A stretch of 64,000 nucleotides of DNA from a bacterium (GTDB taxonomy: Bacteria; Hinthialibacterota; Hinthialibacteria; Hinthialibacterales; Hinthialibacteraceae), in NCBI GenBank assembly GCA_963662285.2, contig CAXXMV010000008.1:480001-544000 (forward strand), written 5' to 3'. Positions 29,631 through 39,021 of this stretch are shown piece by piece. The position numbers were made by a program, and so were the translations under genes. The notes beneath the pieces are model-generated. The model was not told where the DNA came from and searched no databases. It saw nothing but the letters and a program-made list of their open reading frames with translations. Each line of letters begins with the position of its first letter. Positions within the stretch are counted from its first letter, which is position 1.

Positions 29631-29857
29631 GGGCGCCAAGGGCAGTGTATTTTCTGCCCTTGATAGAGTCCACTTTATTTAATTCAACAATTATTATCAA
29701 CGATTCACTCAAAAAAAACAAAAATATAATAAGTTTTAAAGTTTTGGTACATAGAGCCATATATGAATAATACTATAAAAGAATAAATCATCATAGAAAT
29801 TATTCTGCATCTATACAGTTGTCATCAAGGGCAGAAAGAACACTGCCCTTGGCGCCC
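29631..29857. mobile_element. REPIN/MITE-like element with 34-bp inverted family-B arms
   Basis: gggcgccaagggcagtgtattttctgcccttgat (29631-29664) and atcaagggcagaaagaacactgcccttggcgccc (29824-29857) around an AT-rich spacer. Confidence 0.75.
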
Positions 29858-29876
29858 GAGCACCCTACATTGGGTA

Positions 29877-30998
29877 TTACTTCAATCCAGCGTAATAACC
29901 TTTGCCGATGCCGTGCGCCAGGCCGTGGCCGGTTCCGATCCAGACATCGTCGCCCTGAAATTCTGAACAGATTATGAAATGATTGGGCAACGATAGTTTG
30001 GTGGGAACCGAACGGATTATTTTATCCTGCACCATCAAGTGAGCCGTCCAATGCTCTGCGTCATCCGCGTCGCGTTTATAGGTAACCCATGTATCGGATT
30101 CAAAATCCGCTAAGACCGCTAAACCCAGGTCGGTACTGCAATAACAGGTATTTTTGTCGCGTCCGACGGCGAAATTGATAAAATCGCTGATTAAACCGCT
30201 ATCAACCTTGGTATACCCCCGCCAGTGACGACCGTCATATCGGCTCAGGCCGAAATAGGTTGAAGCCCACATGATATCATCGCGAAATGAAACCGATGTG
30301 GTGATTATGTGGATCAAGCCATCATCGCGGTATAGATCTATTTCCATTTCATGATCGGGATCGCGATGGGCGTCCCAGTGTTTGGTTTCGACGTCCCATT
30401 CGAGGATTCCGCCGCCCCATACTGCTACATATACTCTTTTGCCGTGTGAATCAATACTGTAACACCAGATCTCTTCCATAGGCGCATTCTGATCGGTGAA
30501 GATTTCCCATTCGCCAGTGACGGTATTGTATGAACTGACTCCGGCGGTGGTGGCCACCCATAGTTCATCATCCAGGATAGTCAAAGCATAGACCACGTCA
30601 TTAACTAAACCGCTGTTTAATTGATGGAAATGATCGAAGCGACCGCCGCTGAAGCGGGCTACTCCGCCGCCAAAAAGCCCTAGCCAGACATCCCCGGTTT
30701 TCTGACTGACCGCGATGCCGCTGACTACCTTAAATGGCAGACCGTCTTTTTCCTGCCATACTTTCCACTTACCGTCTTCTAAAAGAGCCAGACCATCTTC
30801 AGTTCCAACCCACAGACGGTCGCCATCGGCTCTCAAGGAGAAGATATGGTCATTGGGAAGTCCGTTTTCTTCTGCGTAGAAAGTTTCCCACTCGGTATAA
30901 ACATAGGGTTCACCCGCCAATTGAGGAATTTCTTCACCCGCGCACAAAAGAAGCGGAAGTCCAGCGAATAATATAATTATTAATGTAAGACGCGTCAT
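29877..30998 (-). CDS. Secreted beta-propeller protein (two-component regulator propeller-like, no kinase)
   Basis: Signal peptide; repeats GLPND.I...LWVGT..GL, SGLVNDVVY...LWVAT..GV, SGLISDFI and LPNHFI...VWIGT..GL. Confidence 0.8.
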   Translation of the reverse strand: MTRLTLIIILFAGLPLLLCAGEEIPQLAGEPYVYTEWETFYAEENGLPNDHIFSLRADGDRLWVGTEDGLALLEDGKWKVWQEKDGLPFKVVSGIAVSQKTGDVWLGLFGGGVARFSGGRFDHFHQLNSGLVNDVVYALTILDDELWVATTAGVSSYNTVTGEWEIFTDQNAPMEEIWCYSIDSHGKRVYVAVWGGGILEWDVETKHWDAHRDPDHEMEIDLYRDDGLIHIITTSVSFRDDIMWASTYFGLSRYDGRHWRGYTKVDSGLISDFINFAVGRDKNTCYCSTDLGLAVLADFESDTWVTYKRDADDAEHWTAHLMVQDKIIRSVPTKLSLPNHFIICSEFQGDDVWIGTGHGLAHGIGKGYYAGLK

Positions 30999-31015
30999 AA
31001 TTTAACTCCCCCACT

Positions 31016-33871
31016 TTATAGCGTTTTTAAGTATTCAACTAAATCTTTGAGTTGATCTTTAGTCATATCATTGGTCACCCCATGCCGATCAAAGGGATTA
31101 TAACGGGTCCAGATTTCTTCCAGGGTTTCCGCACGCCCGTCATGCATATAAGGCGCCGTCTCATAAATATTATTCAAATGAGGAATATCAAATTCCAAAT
31201 CAGTATCCAATTCGGAAATCACGCCGATATTAACCACATCGCGGCTGGTGTAATAAGGCGCCGGGTGACAGGAGTTGCACCTGTTATCCAAGGGAATCTC
31301 TTTACCCGAATTATCCATAGTGCGTTCAAATATTATTTTGCCGCGCCGTTGGGCGGGCGTCATTTCACCGTCCAAACGAAAGCGATTGGGGTTGCGCGGA
31401 ATGGTGCATATATAGCGGTCTAAGGCTTTAACCTGTTCGGGAGTAAAAGGATCAATTCTAGTGAAGAACACAGCCAAACGGGGGCCGCACTGTCTGCTGA
31501 GAGAAGGATTCTTGCCGGTCCACTTAAATGGCGCGGTATCCAGGATGCCGCGCAGGGTTCGATTATCTACCGGATTGATGCCGATGCCGTCCGGTTCGAT
31601 ATCATAAGTTACGCCATCAACCCCGCCGTCGGGATGACAAGAGTGACAAGAGAACTGACGCCCGAATGTTACTTCCGCATTATGGAAAATACGCTCGCCC
31701 ATGCGTTCTTCAGTGATTTGCTGGGGGCCGCCCAGGTCGATGGTTTTTATACGCTCTTGTTTTGCGACGTCGATGACGGATATGGCATCATCCAAGGCAT
31801 CGGCGACGTAAACGTATTTACCATCAGGAGAAACGGTCAGGCCGCGCGGCCCGATGCCCACTGTTATACGCTTAAGGATAAACTCGGTTGATACGCCCAG
31901 ATGATTTGGTAGAAGGTTTTTGCGTTCTTCATCAGTCGCGTTTTTCAAGATGGATTTCATCTTATCAAGATCGATAACCGCAACCGCATCAATGCCGCCG
32001 CCGGTGACATAGGCGTATTTGCCGTCAGGCGTTATAACCACATCGGTGGGATCGGCGAATCCGTTATCCAGTTCATCCAGGGGCAGTTGATCGACGCGGC
32101 CGTCTTTCCAAAGAACGCCCAGAGTATTGGTCATAACCCATCCCTGGATAACGCGGGTCATGGGAACCAGGTTTTTGGTGCGCACCATAGTAACCAGAGC
32201 GAACTCACCATCTGGAGAACAATCGACGCCCTGCACCAGATTAGCCTCGGGAATTACGATGCGCGTATCTATGAAATCGCGTTTGGTTTCGATAACGGTA
32301 ACTTCGGAACGGCATGGTTCGCGGAATTTGACGAAATGAGAGAGGTTGTTGGTTACATAAACCGACTCACCATCCGATGAGCGCGAAACGCCCCAGGCGC
32401 CCCGTGCGGCGGAAAGCCGTTTGGCCTCTTGGCCTTTTTGGATATCAACGATTGACACGTCATCAGAACCAGCGTTGGCGACGTATAAGCGCGTACCCTC
32501 CAGGTTAGTGGTCATTTGGTGGGGTTCATCGCCAACCGGGATTGTTTTGATGATGGCAAAGGATTGAGAGTCAATCACCGACACAGTATCGGCGCCCCGG
32601 TTGCTGACAAAAACCTGTGATTGATCAGGCGACAGGCAGACTCCATGAGGCAGGTTTTCAACCTGAATTTCCGCAATGCGTTGGCCGCTGGCAGCTTCTA
32701 CAACAATTAGACTATCAGAGGCTTCGCAAGCAATATATAGCCGCTCCCCATCGCGGGACACGGCTATATTAAAAGGGGTTTTATATTCTATCCCCGCTGA
32801 AGCAGTCTTATCCTTCTTCTTGAAATGCTCAATTTTCTTTACAGCTTTTTCATAGTCGAATGGTTTGCCATCAACCTCTTTGGGATGGCAGCGCAGACAA
32901 GTTTCACGGTTCACTTTCCATAAACCTGATTCACGCGAGGCGATGGGATCAAGCATGACCGCTTCGAGCATATATTCACTGCCAGGACCATGACAACTCT
33001 CACATTGAACGCCTTGAGCAACATCGAAGGATTCAGTAAACCATCCCGCCTGCTCGCCATGTCCGGTGGAATGGCATTTCAAGCATTGTTCAGCTTGTTG
33101 GGGATTTCCCTCAATGCCTCTTTTCTTAGCGATTTCCTTGGCTTTTTGAGTCCCTAGCACAGCAAAGGCTTTGGAATGACTGGAGAGACGCCATTTACTG
33201 ACGGCGTAGCCCATCATCGCACCCCGGTGACACTCAGCGCATGACATGGCGCCGACATATTTAGGACCGTCAATTAATTTTTTGGGCTTTTTAGGTTCTT
33301 CAGGAATAGGACCGCCCTTGCCGCTGTGAGCAATCTCGCCCAGAGCCATCTTGTAATCGAATTTCTTGACTTTCAAAACCGCCAGATGCGAACCTTTATC
33401 TTTATGGCAGATCATACAATCCTGCTCGGTGGGCATCTTCAGACCAGCCATCATGGCGGCATTGGGATTTCGCATAACATCCAGTTCGGCGTACTCGCTG
33501 CCCGATCCATGACATAATTCGCATTGCACGCCATCCTGTATATGAAAGGTTTCATCCAGTTCCCAGTCTTCGACATTGGACGCAGTGGCATGGCAACCCA
33601 GGCAGACCGGACTATCAAATGGGTTGTCAGCAATACCCGATAGTTTGGCGATTTCTTGTGATTCCGGCATGGCTAAAACCGCATAGGCGTTGGCATGTTT
33701 GGTTAAACGCCACTTATTATACTGGTCGCGCTGACCTGCATTATGATGACAGGCGCGGCATTTCTGCTCGCCAATATAGACGCGATCCGCCGCCCATGAG
33801 TCCAGCGAAGCGCTGATAGATATCATGACTAAAAGCCCGGCAGCCAGAAGCCCCTTCTTGTATCCCAACAT
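31016..33871 (-). CDS. Secreted decaheme fusion: two cytochrome c554-like tetraheme domains + YVTN beta-propeller + CCP/MauG-type diheme domain (HzsB/C-like)
   Basis: Ten CxxCH: CRACH, CLGCH, CELCH, CMICH, CAECH, CLKCH, CESCH, CLRCH, CHSCH, CNSCH. Also YIG..C..CH/W..H/GVQCE.CHG.GS c554 pattern, YVAN/YVTN/YVTG/YVAD blades, TAPFKWTG and TAPYMHDG. Confidence 0.9.
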   Translation of the reverse strand: MLGYKKGLLAAGLLVMISISASLDSWAADRVYIGEQKCRACHHNAGQRDQYNKWRLTKHANAYAVLAMPESQEIAKLSGIADNPFDSPVCLGCHATASNVEDWELDETFHIQDGVQCELCHGSGSEYAELDVMRNPNAAMMAGLKMPTEQDCMICHKDKGSHLAVLKVKKFDYKMALGEIAHSGKGGPIPEEPKKPKKLIDGPKYVGAMSCAECHRGAMMGYAVSKWRLSSHSKAFAVLGTQKAKEIAKKRGIEGNPQQAEQCLKCHSTGHGEQAGWFTESFDVAQGVQCESCHGPGSEYMLEAVMLDPIASRESGLWKVNRETCLRCHPKEVDGKPFDYEKAVKKIEHFKKKDKTASAGIEYKTPFNIAVSRDGERLYIACEASDSLIVVEAASGQRIAEIQVENLPHGVCLSPDQSQVFVSNRGADTVSVIDSQSFAIIKTIPVGDEPHQMTTNLEGTRLYVANAGSDDVSIVDIQKGQEAKRLSAARGAWGVSRSSDGESVYVTNNLSHFVKFREPCRSEVTVIETKRDFIDTRIVIPEANLVQGVDCSPDGEFALVTMVRTKNLVPMTRVIQGWVMTNTLGVLWKDGRVDQLPLDELDNGFADPTDVVITPDGKYAYVTGGGIDAVAVIDLDKMKSILKNATDEERKNLLPNHLGVSTEFILKRITVGIGPRGLTVSPDGKYVYVADALDDAISVIDVAKQERIKTIDLGGPQQITEERMGERIFHNAEVTFGRQFSCHSCHPDGGVDGVTYDIEPDGIGINPVDNRTLRGILDTAPFKWTGKNPSLSRQCGPRLAVFFTRIDPFTPEQVKALDRYICTIPRNPNRFRLDGEMTPAQRRGKIIFERTMDNSGKEIPLDNRCNSCHPAPYYTSRDVVNIGVISELDTDLEFDIPHLNNIYETAPYMHDGRAETLEEIWTRYNPFDRHGVTNDMTKDQLKDLVEYLKTL

Positions 33872-33887
33872 TACTTTTCCTCCAAAT

Positions 33888-35531
33888 TCAGGACTTAGGT
33901 TCTTTCACTTTTAATATCTGGTTGGCGGTGACGTCTGTCAAAGTCTGTTTTATACCGCCCGGCCAGGATATCTCGACTTTGTCGGCTTTTTTATGACTAC
34001 TCAATCCGAAATGGGCGCGGTAATCGCTTTGCGACAAATAACCCGAACTGCTCAAAATATCGCGCGTCTGGGTCAGATCGCCGATGGTCACGCGAATCCG
34101 GGCGCCGATGGCGTCGCGGTTGCATTGGGTTCCTTCCAGGGCGATCATCAACCAGTTATTCTTGTTCCCGCCGTCATTACGCAGCAAGCGGGGGCGGTTG
34201 TTGATATTTAGAATCAATGCGTCCAAATCTCCATCATTGTCAATATCACCGGTAGCCGAACCCCGGCTGACGAATTTCTCCTGGAAGTCCTTGCCGCATT
34301 TTGAGGAGATATCGATGAACTTACGGCCCTGATCATTCCAGAAGATGACGTCTTCCTCCGGTTCGAGATGATGGGCGTCGCCATTCACGATCAGTATATC
34401 GATATACTGGTCGCAATCATAATCAAAAAAGTTGCCCGACCAGCTGACATATTGTCCTAAAACCGAGGCCAAACCCATCTGGGCGCTCATTTCCTCGTAT
34501 AAACCATCACCAGTATTGAGGTATAAACAGCCATAACCCATATCCGGTACCAGTAGATCAAGCAGTCCGTCAAGGTTGAAATCGCCGAACTCCGGCCCCA
34601 TGGCTGAGGTGGCTTCGCCGCTCTGCCCGAATCCTGTAGCGGTTAACATGGCGATATTGGTGAAGGTTCCATCACCGTTATTCTGGTACATATAATTTTC
34701 CATGGCATCATTGGCCACGAAAATATCTATATCGCCATCATTATCAATGTCGCAGGTGGTCACTCCCATAGCCCGGCCTTCGGGATTAAGAACGCCTGCT
34801 TTTTCGGTAACTTCTTCAAAGGTTCCATCGCCCTTGTTGTGATACAGAATATCCGGCTGGCCTTTGTATGACAGCGGTCCGGGAAAAGCATCTGCGGCAT
34901 AGTAATATTTATATTCGGGATCGTATTCTACATAGTTGCCTACATAAAGATCAAGCAGGCCATCTTCGTCATAATCGAAGAATGAGGCGCCTAATCCCCA
35001 CAAGTCATTCTCGACGCCTGCCGCTTTGGTTTTATCGGTGAAGGTTCCATCGCCGTTGTTTTGATAGAGTACATTGGGGCCGTAATTGGTAACAAAGAGA
35101 TCAGCGTCGCCGTCATTGTCATAATCAGCGGAGACGCAGGCCATGCCATAACCTTTATGACCAACGCCGGCTGCTTCAGTCACATCGGTGAAGGTTCCAT
35201 CGCCGTTATTACGATATAGGGCATTTTGTAACTTGTCGGCCAGTTTCCGGCCTCTGGGGTGGCTGACAATTTTATTGTATTGTTCATTGATCAGGTAGAT
35301 ATCAAGATCGTCGTCTCCATCGTAATCGAAGAATGCGCAACCCGCTCCCGTCGATTCGACTATATTGCTCATGTCGGGATCGCCCATGTTGTGTTGAAAC
35401 GTGATGCCCGCTTTTTGGGTGATATCAACCATTTGGGGACAGAGGTCCGGTTGCCCGCCAATATTCACCGGCGAAATTAATGTAATAATGGAAATAGAAA
35501 AAACGGCGCAATAAAACAAATGCTGCTTCAT
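33888..35531 (-). CDS. CRTAC1/ASPIC-UnbV family FG-GAP repeat protein
   Basis: Signal peptide; repeated DYDxDGxxD and LYxNNGDGTFTD; C-terminal RDAIGAR...GYLSQSD...HFGL...VEISWP (ASPIC/UnbV). Confidence 0.92.
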   Translation of the reverse strand: MKQHLFYCAVFSISIITLISPVNIGGQPDLCPQMVDITQKAGITFQHNMGDPDMSNIVESTGAGCAFFDYDGDDDLDIYLINEQYNKIVSHPRGRKLADKLQNALYRNNGDGTFTDVTEAAGVGHKGYGMACVSADYDNDGDADLFVTNYGPNVLYQNNGDGTFTDKTKAAGVENDLWGLGASFFDYDEDGLLDLYVGNYVEYDPEYKYYYAADAFPGPLSYKGQPDILYHNKGDGTFEEVTEKAGVLNPEGRAMGVTTCDIDNDGDIDIFVANDAMENYMYQNNGDGTFTNIAMLTATGFGQSGEATSAMGPEFGDFNLDGLLDLLVPDMGYGCLYLNTGDGLYEEMSAQMGLASVLGQYVSWSGNFFDYDCDQYIDILIVNGDAHHLEPEEDVIFWNDQGRKFIDISSKCGKDFQEKFVSRGSATGDIDNDGDLDALILNINNRPRLLRNDGGNKNNWLMIALEGTQCNRDAIGARIRVTIGDLTQTRDILSSSGYLSQSDYRAHFGLSSHKKADKVEISWPGGIKQTLTDVTANQILKVKEPKS

Positions 35532-35583
35532 ATTTGCTCCCCGAAAGAAATGCTATAACTCAATGATAATAAGATTATCGCTA

Positions 35584-35669
35584 TCAACCCTCTCCTAACC
35601 TCTCCCAGTCTTGGGAGAGGAATCCTTTGCCACCCAAGCGTAGGGTGGGTCGCGCTTCACTGACCCACC
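35584..35669. repeat. Family C palindrome followed by a GTAG-type REP (family A)
   Basis: tcaaccctctcctaacctctcccagtcttgggagagg and gtagggtgggtcgcgcttcactgacccacc. Confidence 0.75.
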
Positions 35670-35892
35670 AAAGATGCACCTTGTTATCTCTCAAAATCCC
35701 TCTCTATAGAAATTTTTATACGTAATGGGATTCATTCTATCCTATTTGATACACCGGCTAGAAGCCGATGCTCCCCACTCTATGATTCTCCCCGTTTCAT
35801 TCTCCTCTCCTGAGTTGTGTCCGGAGAGGAAACCAGGGGGAGAGGGGATTTGGTTGCCCGAAATTACCAGGTTGTCAGGTATAGATAAAATC

Positions 35893-37860
35893 TTAATTTT
35901 CATTTACAGCAGGCAATCCACCAATATCGTACAAAGCGCCCAGGTCAATCCACTCAATTAACAATGCCTTCTCCAGAGCAGTAAGAGATTGCTTGGGCGG
36001 CATTTGAATATCAGACGGATTAAGCGAATCATCTAAAAACGTGACATGCTCACCTATAACATACTTAATCAATGGACTCTTGCGGGCGCTGCCGGGAACT
36101 ACATAAGATAAATGATCTTCATCAGAGGCGTTCGACAGAAGACTCTCATAAACCGTAAGCATTGATTTTTTACTATTGGAAAATGATGAGAGTTTGTCAA
36201 CATCCAATTCAGGTTTAACGCCGCCTGCGGCATGGCAATCAGTTCCAGAACATCTGGCTTGCAGGATGGGCTTTATCTGATTGACGAAATCAACCGTTCT
36301 ACGGCGCTGTGGCGGCAGAGTGAGTTTCCTGGCTGTCTTGGCCAAGGCCTGCACCAGGCGGTTGGGCGGCGCCAGTTCGCGGTCTTCATGACACCCGATG
36401 CAGCCGCGCCATTCACGCGGCATTACATAGGTCCAGCTGCGCTGTTCAGCTACAGAAAGACCGTGCTCATCCAGCAACTGAAAGCGTACTGGAATATGAG
36501 AAGGAATTTCTATATGAAATGATCCATCCGCTTCGACTGGAACAACCCCCAGTATGCGCTGCGGAGTTGAAGCGTCTATCCGGGGGGGCGCCTGGTTATT
36601 ATCGTTTTCACTTAACAACGGCAAGCCTTCGATGACTCGCATCCGTTTAACTGTTCCCGGCGCAAGTTCTTTAATCTTTGGAAACTGGCTCTCATATACA
36701 TTCAAGCAGAAGAAGACTCCGGTATCCTTCTCTAGATTAACCACCGATGAACGGCCTTTGACTTTGGCGTGCGGCGCCAGAACCTGGGCGTCAACGCAAT
36801 GCCAGTTTTCGGCTGAATAGAGTTGCTTAATCCGCTGGCCGTTGCCGGGATTTATCTGATAAAGGCTGAAGCATTGCTGCGGATCATTTTTTCTGTATGA
36901 GGCGATCAATCCACCATCCGGCGTTGCGCATGGACTATGGAACAGGCCGCCATTTTCATGACTCAGCGTCTGATAAGAATGAAGCGGGCGACGCAATGTC
37001 ACATAAGCCAGGTCGCCGCCGCCCAGCCATAGCGTTGGATCAGATGCAATCATATAAGCGCGTCCGGCGCTGTCGGCGATATGAACCATATCCAGATAAA
37101 GGGTGGAGGAATGATCCACAAAATAGGGCAGCATATCGGCGCCATCATTATTTATCGCCATCAATCCGTAGCCGCTGGATTTCTTCCAACTGGAATATAC
37201 CAAACGCCCGTTGGGCAAGACGTCAGGGGAGAAATCTGAACTGAGGTTATAGGTAATCCGGGTGGAATGGCTGCCATCAAGTTGAGCGGAATATATTGAA
37301 AAGCATGATCCCGAACCGGATTCATTAATCCAACCTGATTCGGAACTGAGGTATGCAATCTGATCAGTAGGCAAAGCGTCGTTGAGATGAAAAAGAGAAC
37401 CGACGTATAAAGGCGACACGCAATCACCCTTAGAATGCGTCAGTCGGGTTTTTGCGCCGCCATCATGATTCATACGCCAAATCTGCCAGGCGTCGCCTTG
37501 ATTCTTCTTACCTGCAAACAGGATTTGTTGACCATCAAAGGAGACGGCAGGATCGCAGGCTGAGAAAAACTCAGGAGTGAGCACAACCAGTTTTTCCGGT
37601 GGATCAGTGGCTTGATGACAAACAATGCGCATACCATCCACATAGCGGTCGTCGGGTAAATAGAAAGATTTTTGATAAGGAGAAGATTGCGCTGGAATCT
37701 GAACAAAAATCAAATCAGAGCCTTGCGCCGAGTCAGCTATGCTGCAACCCCACACCAGGATCAAAACATAAACCAACCATAGAGGAAAAACCCGCCGTAC
37801 TATTCTATCCGCCCGATGATCCGGGATCAAATAGAGCGCATCAGTTAGCATCCTGTTCAT
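35893..37860 (-). CDS. Hydrazine synthase alpha-subunit-like protein (TolB-like propeller + HZS-alpha middle domain + C-terminal cytochrome c)
   Basis: DPAVSFDGQQILFAG/WQIWRM propeller; GVFFCLNVYES, VKRMRVIEG, LGVVPVEADGSF.IEIP..IPVRFQLLD.HG...SW...GCIGCHE; C-terminal IKPILQARCSGTDCH...MPP...WIDLGA. Confidence 0.85.
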   Translation of the reverse strand: MNRMLTDALYLIPDHRADRIVRRVFPLWLVYVLILVWGCSIADSAQGSDLIFVQIPAQSSPYQKSFYLPDDRYVDGMRIVCHQATDPPEKLVVLTPEFFSACDPAVSFDGQQILFAGKKNQGDAWQIWRMNHDGGAKTRLTHSKGDCVSPLYVGSLFHLNDALPTDQIAYLSSESGWINESGSGSCFSIYSAQLDGSHSTRITYNLSSDFSPDVLPNGRLVYSSWKKSSGYGLMAINNDGADMLPYFVDHSSTLYLDMVHIADSAGRAYMIASDPTLWLGGGDLAYVTLRRPLHSYQTLSHENGGLFHSPCATPDGGLIASYRKNDPQQCFSLYQINPGNGQRIKQLYSAENWHCVDAQVLAPHAKVKGRSSVVNLEKDTGVFFCLNVYESQFPKIKELAPGTVKRMRVIEGLPLLSENDNNQAPPRIDASTPQRILGVVPVEADGSFHIEIPSHIPVRFQLLDEHGLSVAEQRSWTYVMPREWRGCIGCHEDRELAPPNRLVQALAKTARKLTLPPQRRRTVDFVNQIKPILQARCSGTDCHAAGGVKPELDVDKLSSFSNSKKSMLTVYESLLSNASDEDHLSYVVPGSARKSPLIKYVIGEHVTFLDDSLNPSDIQMPPKQSLTALEKALLIEWIDLGALYDIGGLPAVNEN

Positions 37861-37887
37861 AATTTATCAGTTATTCTAACAATACAA

Positions 37888-39021
37888 TTATTTAGATAAT
37901 ATTGCCGTTGCATCCAGTTCGTATAACAGTTCGTCGCGACATACATCAGCCAAAGTGCAAACCACAGGTATCTTATCCAAACCCATGCGGCTGGCGATAG
38001 AGTAGTACATCTCAACATCCTGAGGCCGTTTTACAAACGAAGTAGCCTGACATATATCATCGAGTCCAGCGCCGCCTACTTCTAAAAGGGCTTGTACATT
38101 TTCCAGAGTTCGCACCGTTTGCCGTTCAAAATCCCCTTCAAAAACGCTTACGCCCTTTTCATCAATAGCCGCAGTACCTGAAACAAATATATATTGACAA
38201 GAGTCAGTCTCCACCGATAAAGCGCGGGCGAAGGCTGAACCATATTCCGGCGCCTCGTTCTGCTTTGGGTTAATCAACCGCTTCGCTTCAAAGGTCTGAC
38301 CATCAATAGGCTTCATAGCCAACAGATCAAGAGTGCACCAACCGCCATCAGCATTTCGCCCCTGGATGCCAGTGCTGGCGGGAATGGAACTGAGGGGATT
38401 GCCATTAAACAGCCCCATTCGCTTGAAAGCATCATTACGGACTAGATTAAACTCATCATACCAGTCCAGAATATTATGCAGATAAAACCAGGTACGCCGG
38501 ACATCATTAAATTTCCATTTTTGTTTATCTAAAATATGCTCGATTAATTCAAAGGTTCTGCTGGTCTCTTCGCCAGGTGATTGCCCCCCGGTTTCACGCA
38601 CCAGGCGTCCGACATCAGACAGAGTCAAATAACGGGCGTCATTACCTGTAACAATGCGGCCGCAAGCCTCGCCTTGCCATTCCAGCAGAGTGGATTCCGG
38701 TTGGTTTTTACCTTGCAAAGCTACAGCATGAATCCCGGCTACGCCTGAACCGCTGAACGGCGTACCTTCAACAAAAGTCGGCGGGATATCTGATTTAACG
38801 CCTTTCTCATCAAAAATCCGTTTACGCTCTTGCAGGATAGTATAAGATGATTTGCTTTCACCATATATACGTTCATGCAACAATATAGTTTGCTGATATT
38901 GAAGATAATCCGCTATTTTTCCAAAGCCTTGAGCAACAATATCGTCTATCGAATGATCAGTCGAGTCAGGAATCCAGGAAAGAAAAATCAGATCGCCTGG
39001 ACCATCAGTTGAAAAGAACAT
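37888..39021 (-). CDS. Rid/YjgF-superfamily multi-domain protein (FkbO/Hyg5 chorismatase-like architecture)
   Basis: VRRTWFYL..I...Y..FN..R, PASTGI, NPKQ.EA.EYG..F.RA, IFVSGTAAID, ADVCRDELLYELDA; AAGGAG RBS before ATG 39021. Confidence 0.8.
   Translation of the reverse strand: MFFSTDGPGDLIFLSWIPDSTDHSIDDIVAQGFGKIADYLQYQQTILLHERIYGESKSSYTILQERKRIFDEKGVKSDIPPTFVEGTPFSGSGVAGIHAVALQGKNQPESTLLEWQGEACGRIVTGNDARYLTLSDVGRLVRETGGQSPGEETSRTFELIEHILDKQKWKFNDVRRTWFYLHNILDWYDEFNLVRNDAFKRMGLFNGNPLSSIPASTGIQGRNADGGWCTLDLLAMKPIDGQTFEAKRLINPKQNEAPEYGSAFARALSVETDSCQYIFVSGTAAIDEKGVSVFEGDFERQTVRTLENVQALLEVGGAGLDDICQATSFVKRPQDVEMYYSIASRMGLDKIPVVCTLADVCRDELLYELDATAILSK

Noticed and set aside
26608-29857. Recurrent 34-bp palindromes as a CRISPR array
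   Set aside because: Copies are dispersed, in both orientations, without regular spacers, and no cas genes are present.
31016-37860. Calling the genes hzsA/hzsB/hzsC and the organism anammox
   Set aside because: Only architecture-level similarity is visible. Extra c554-like domains, different neighbours and no hao/hdh in the window argue against assigning symbols.
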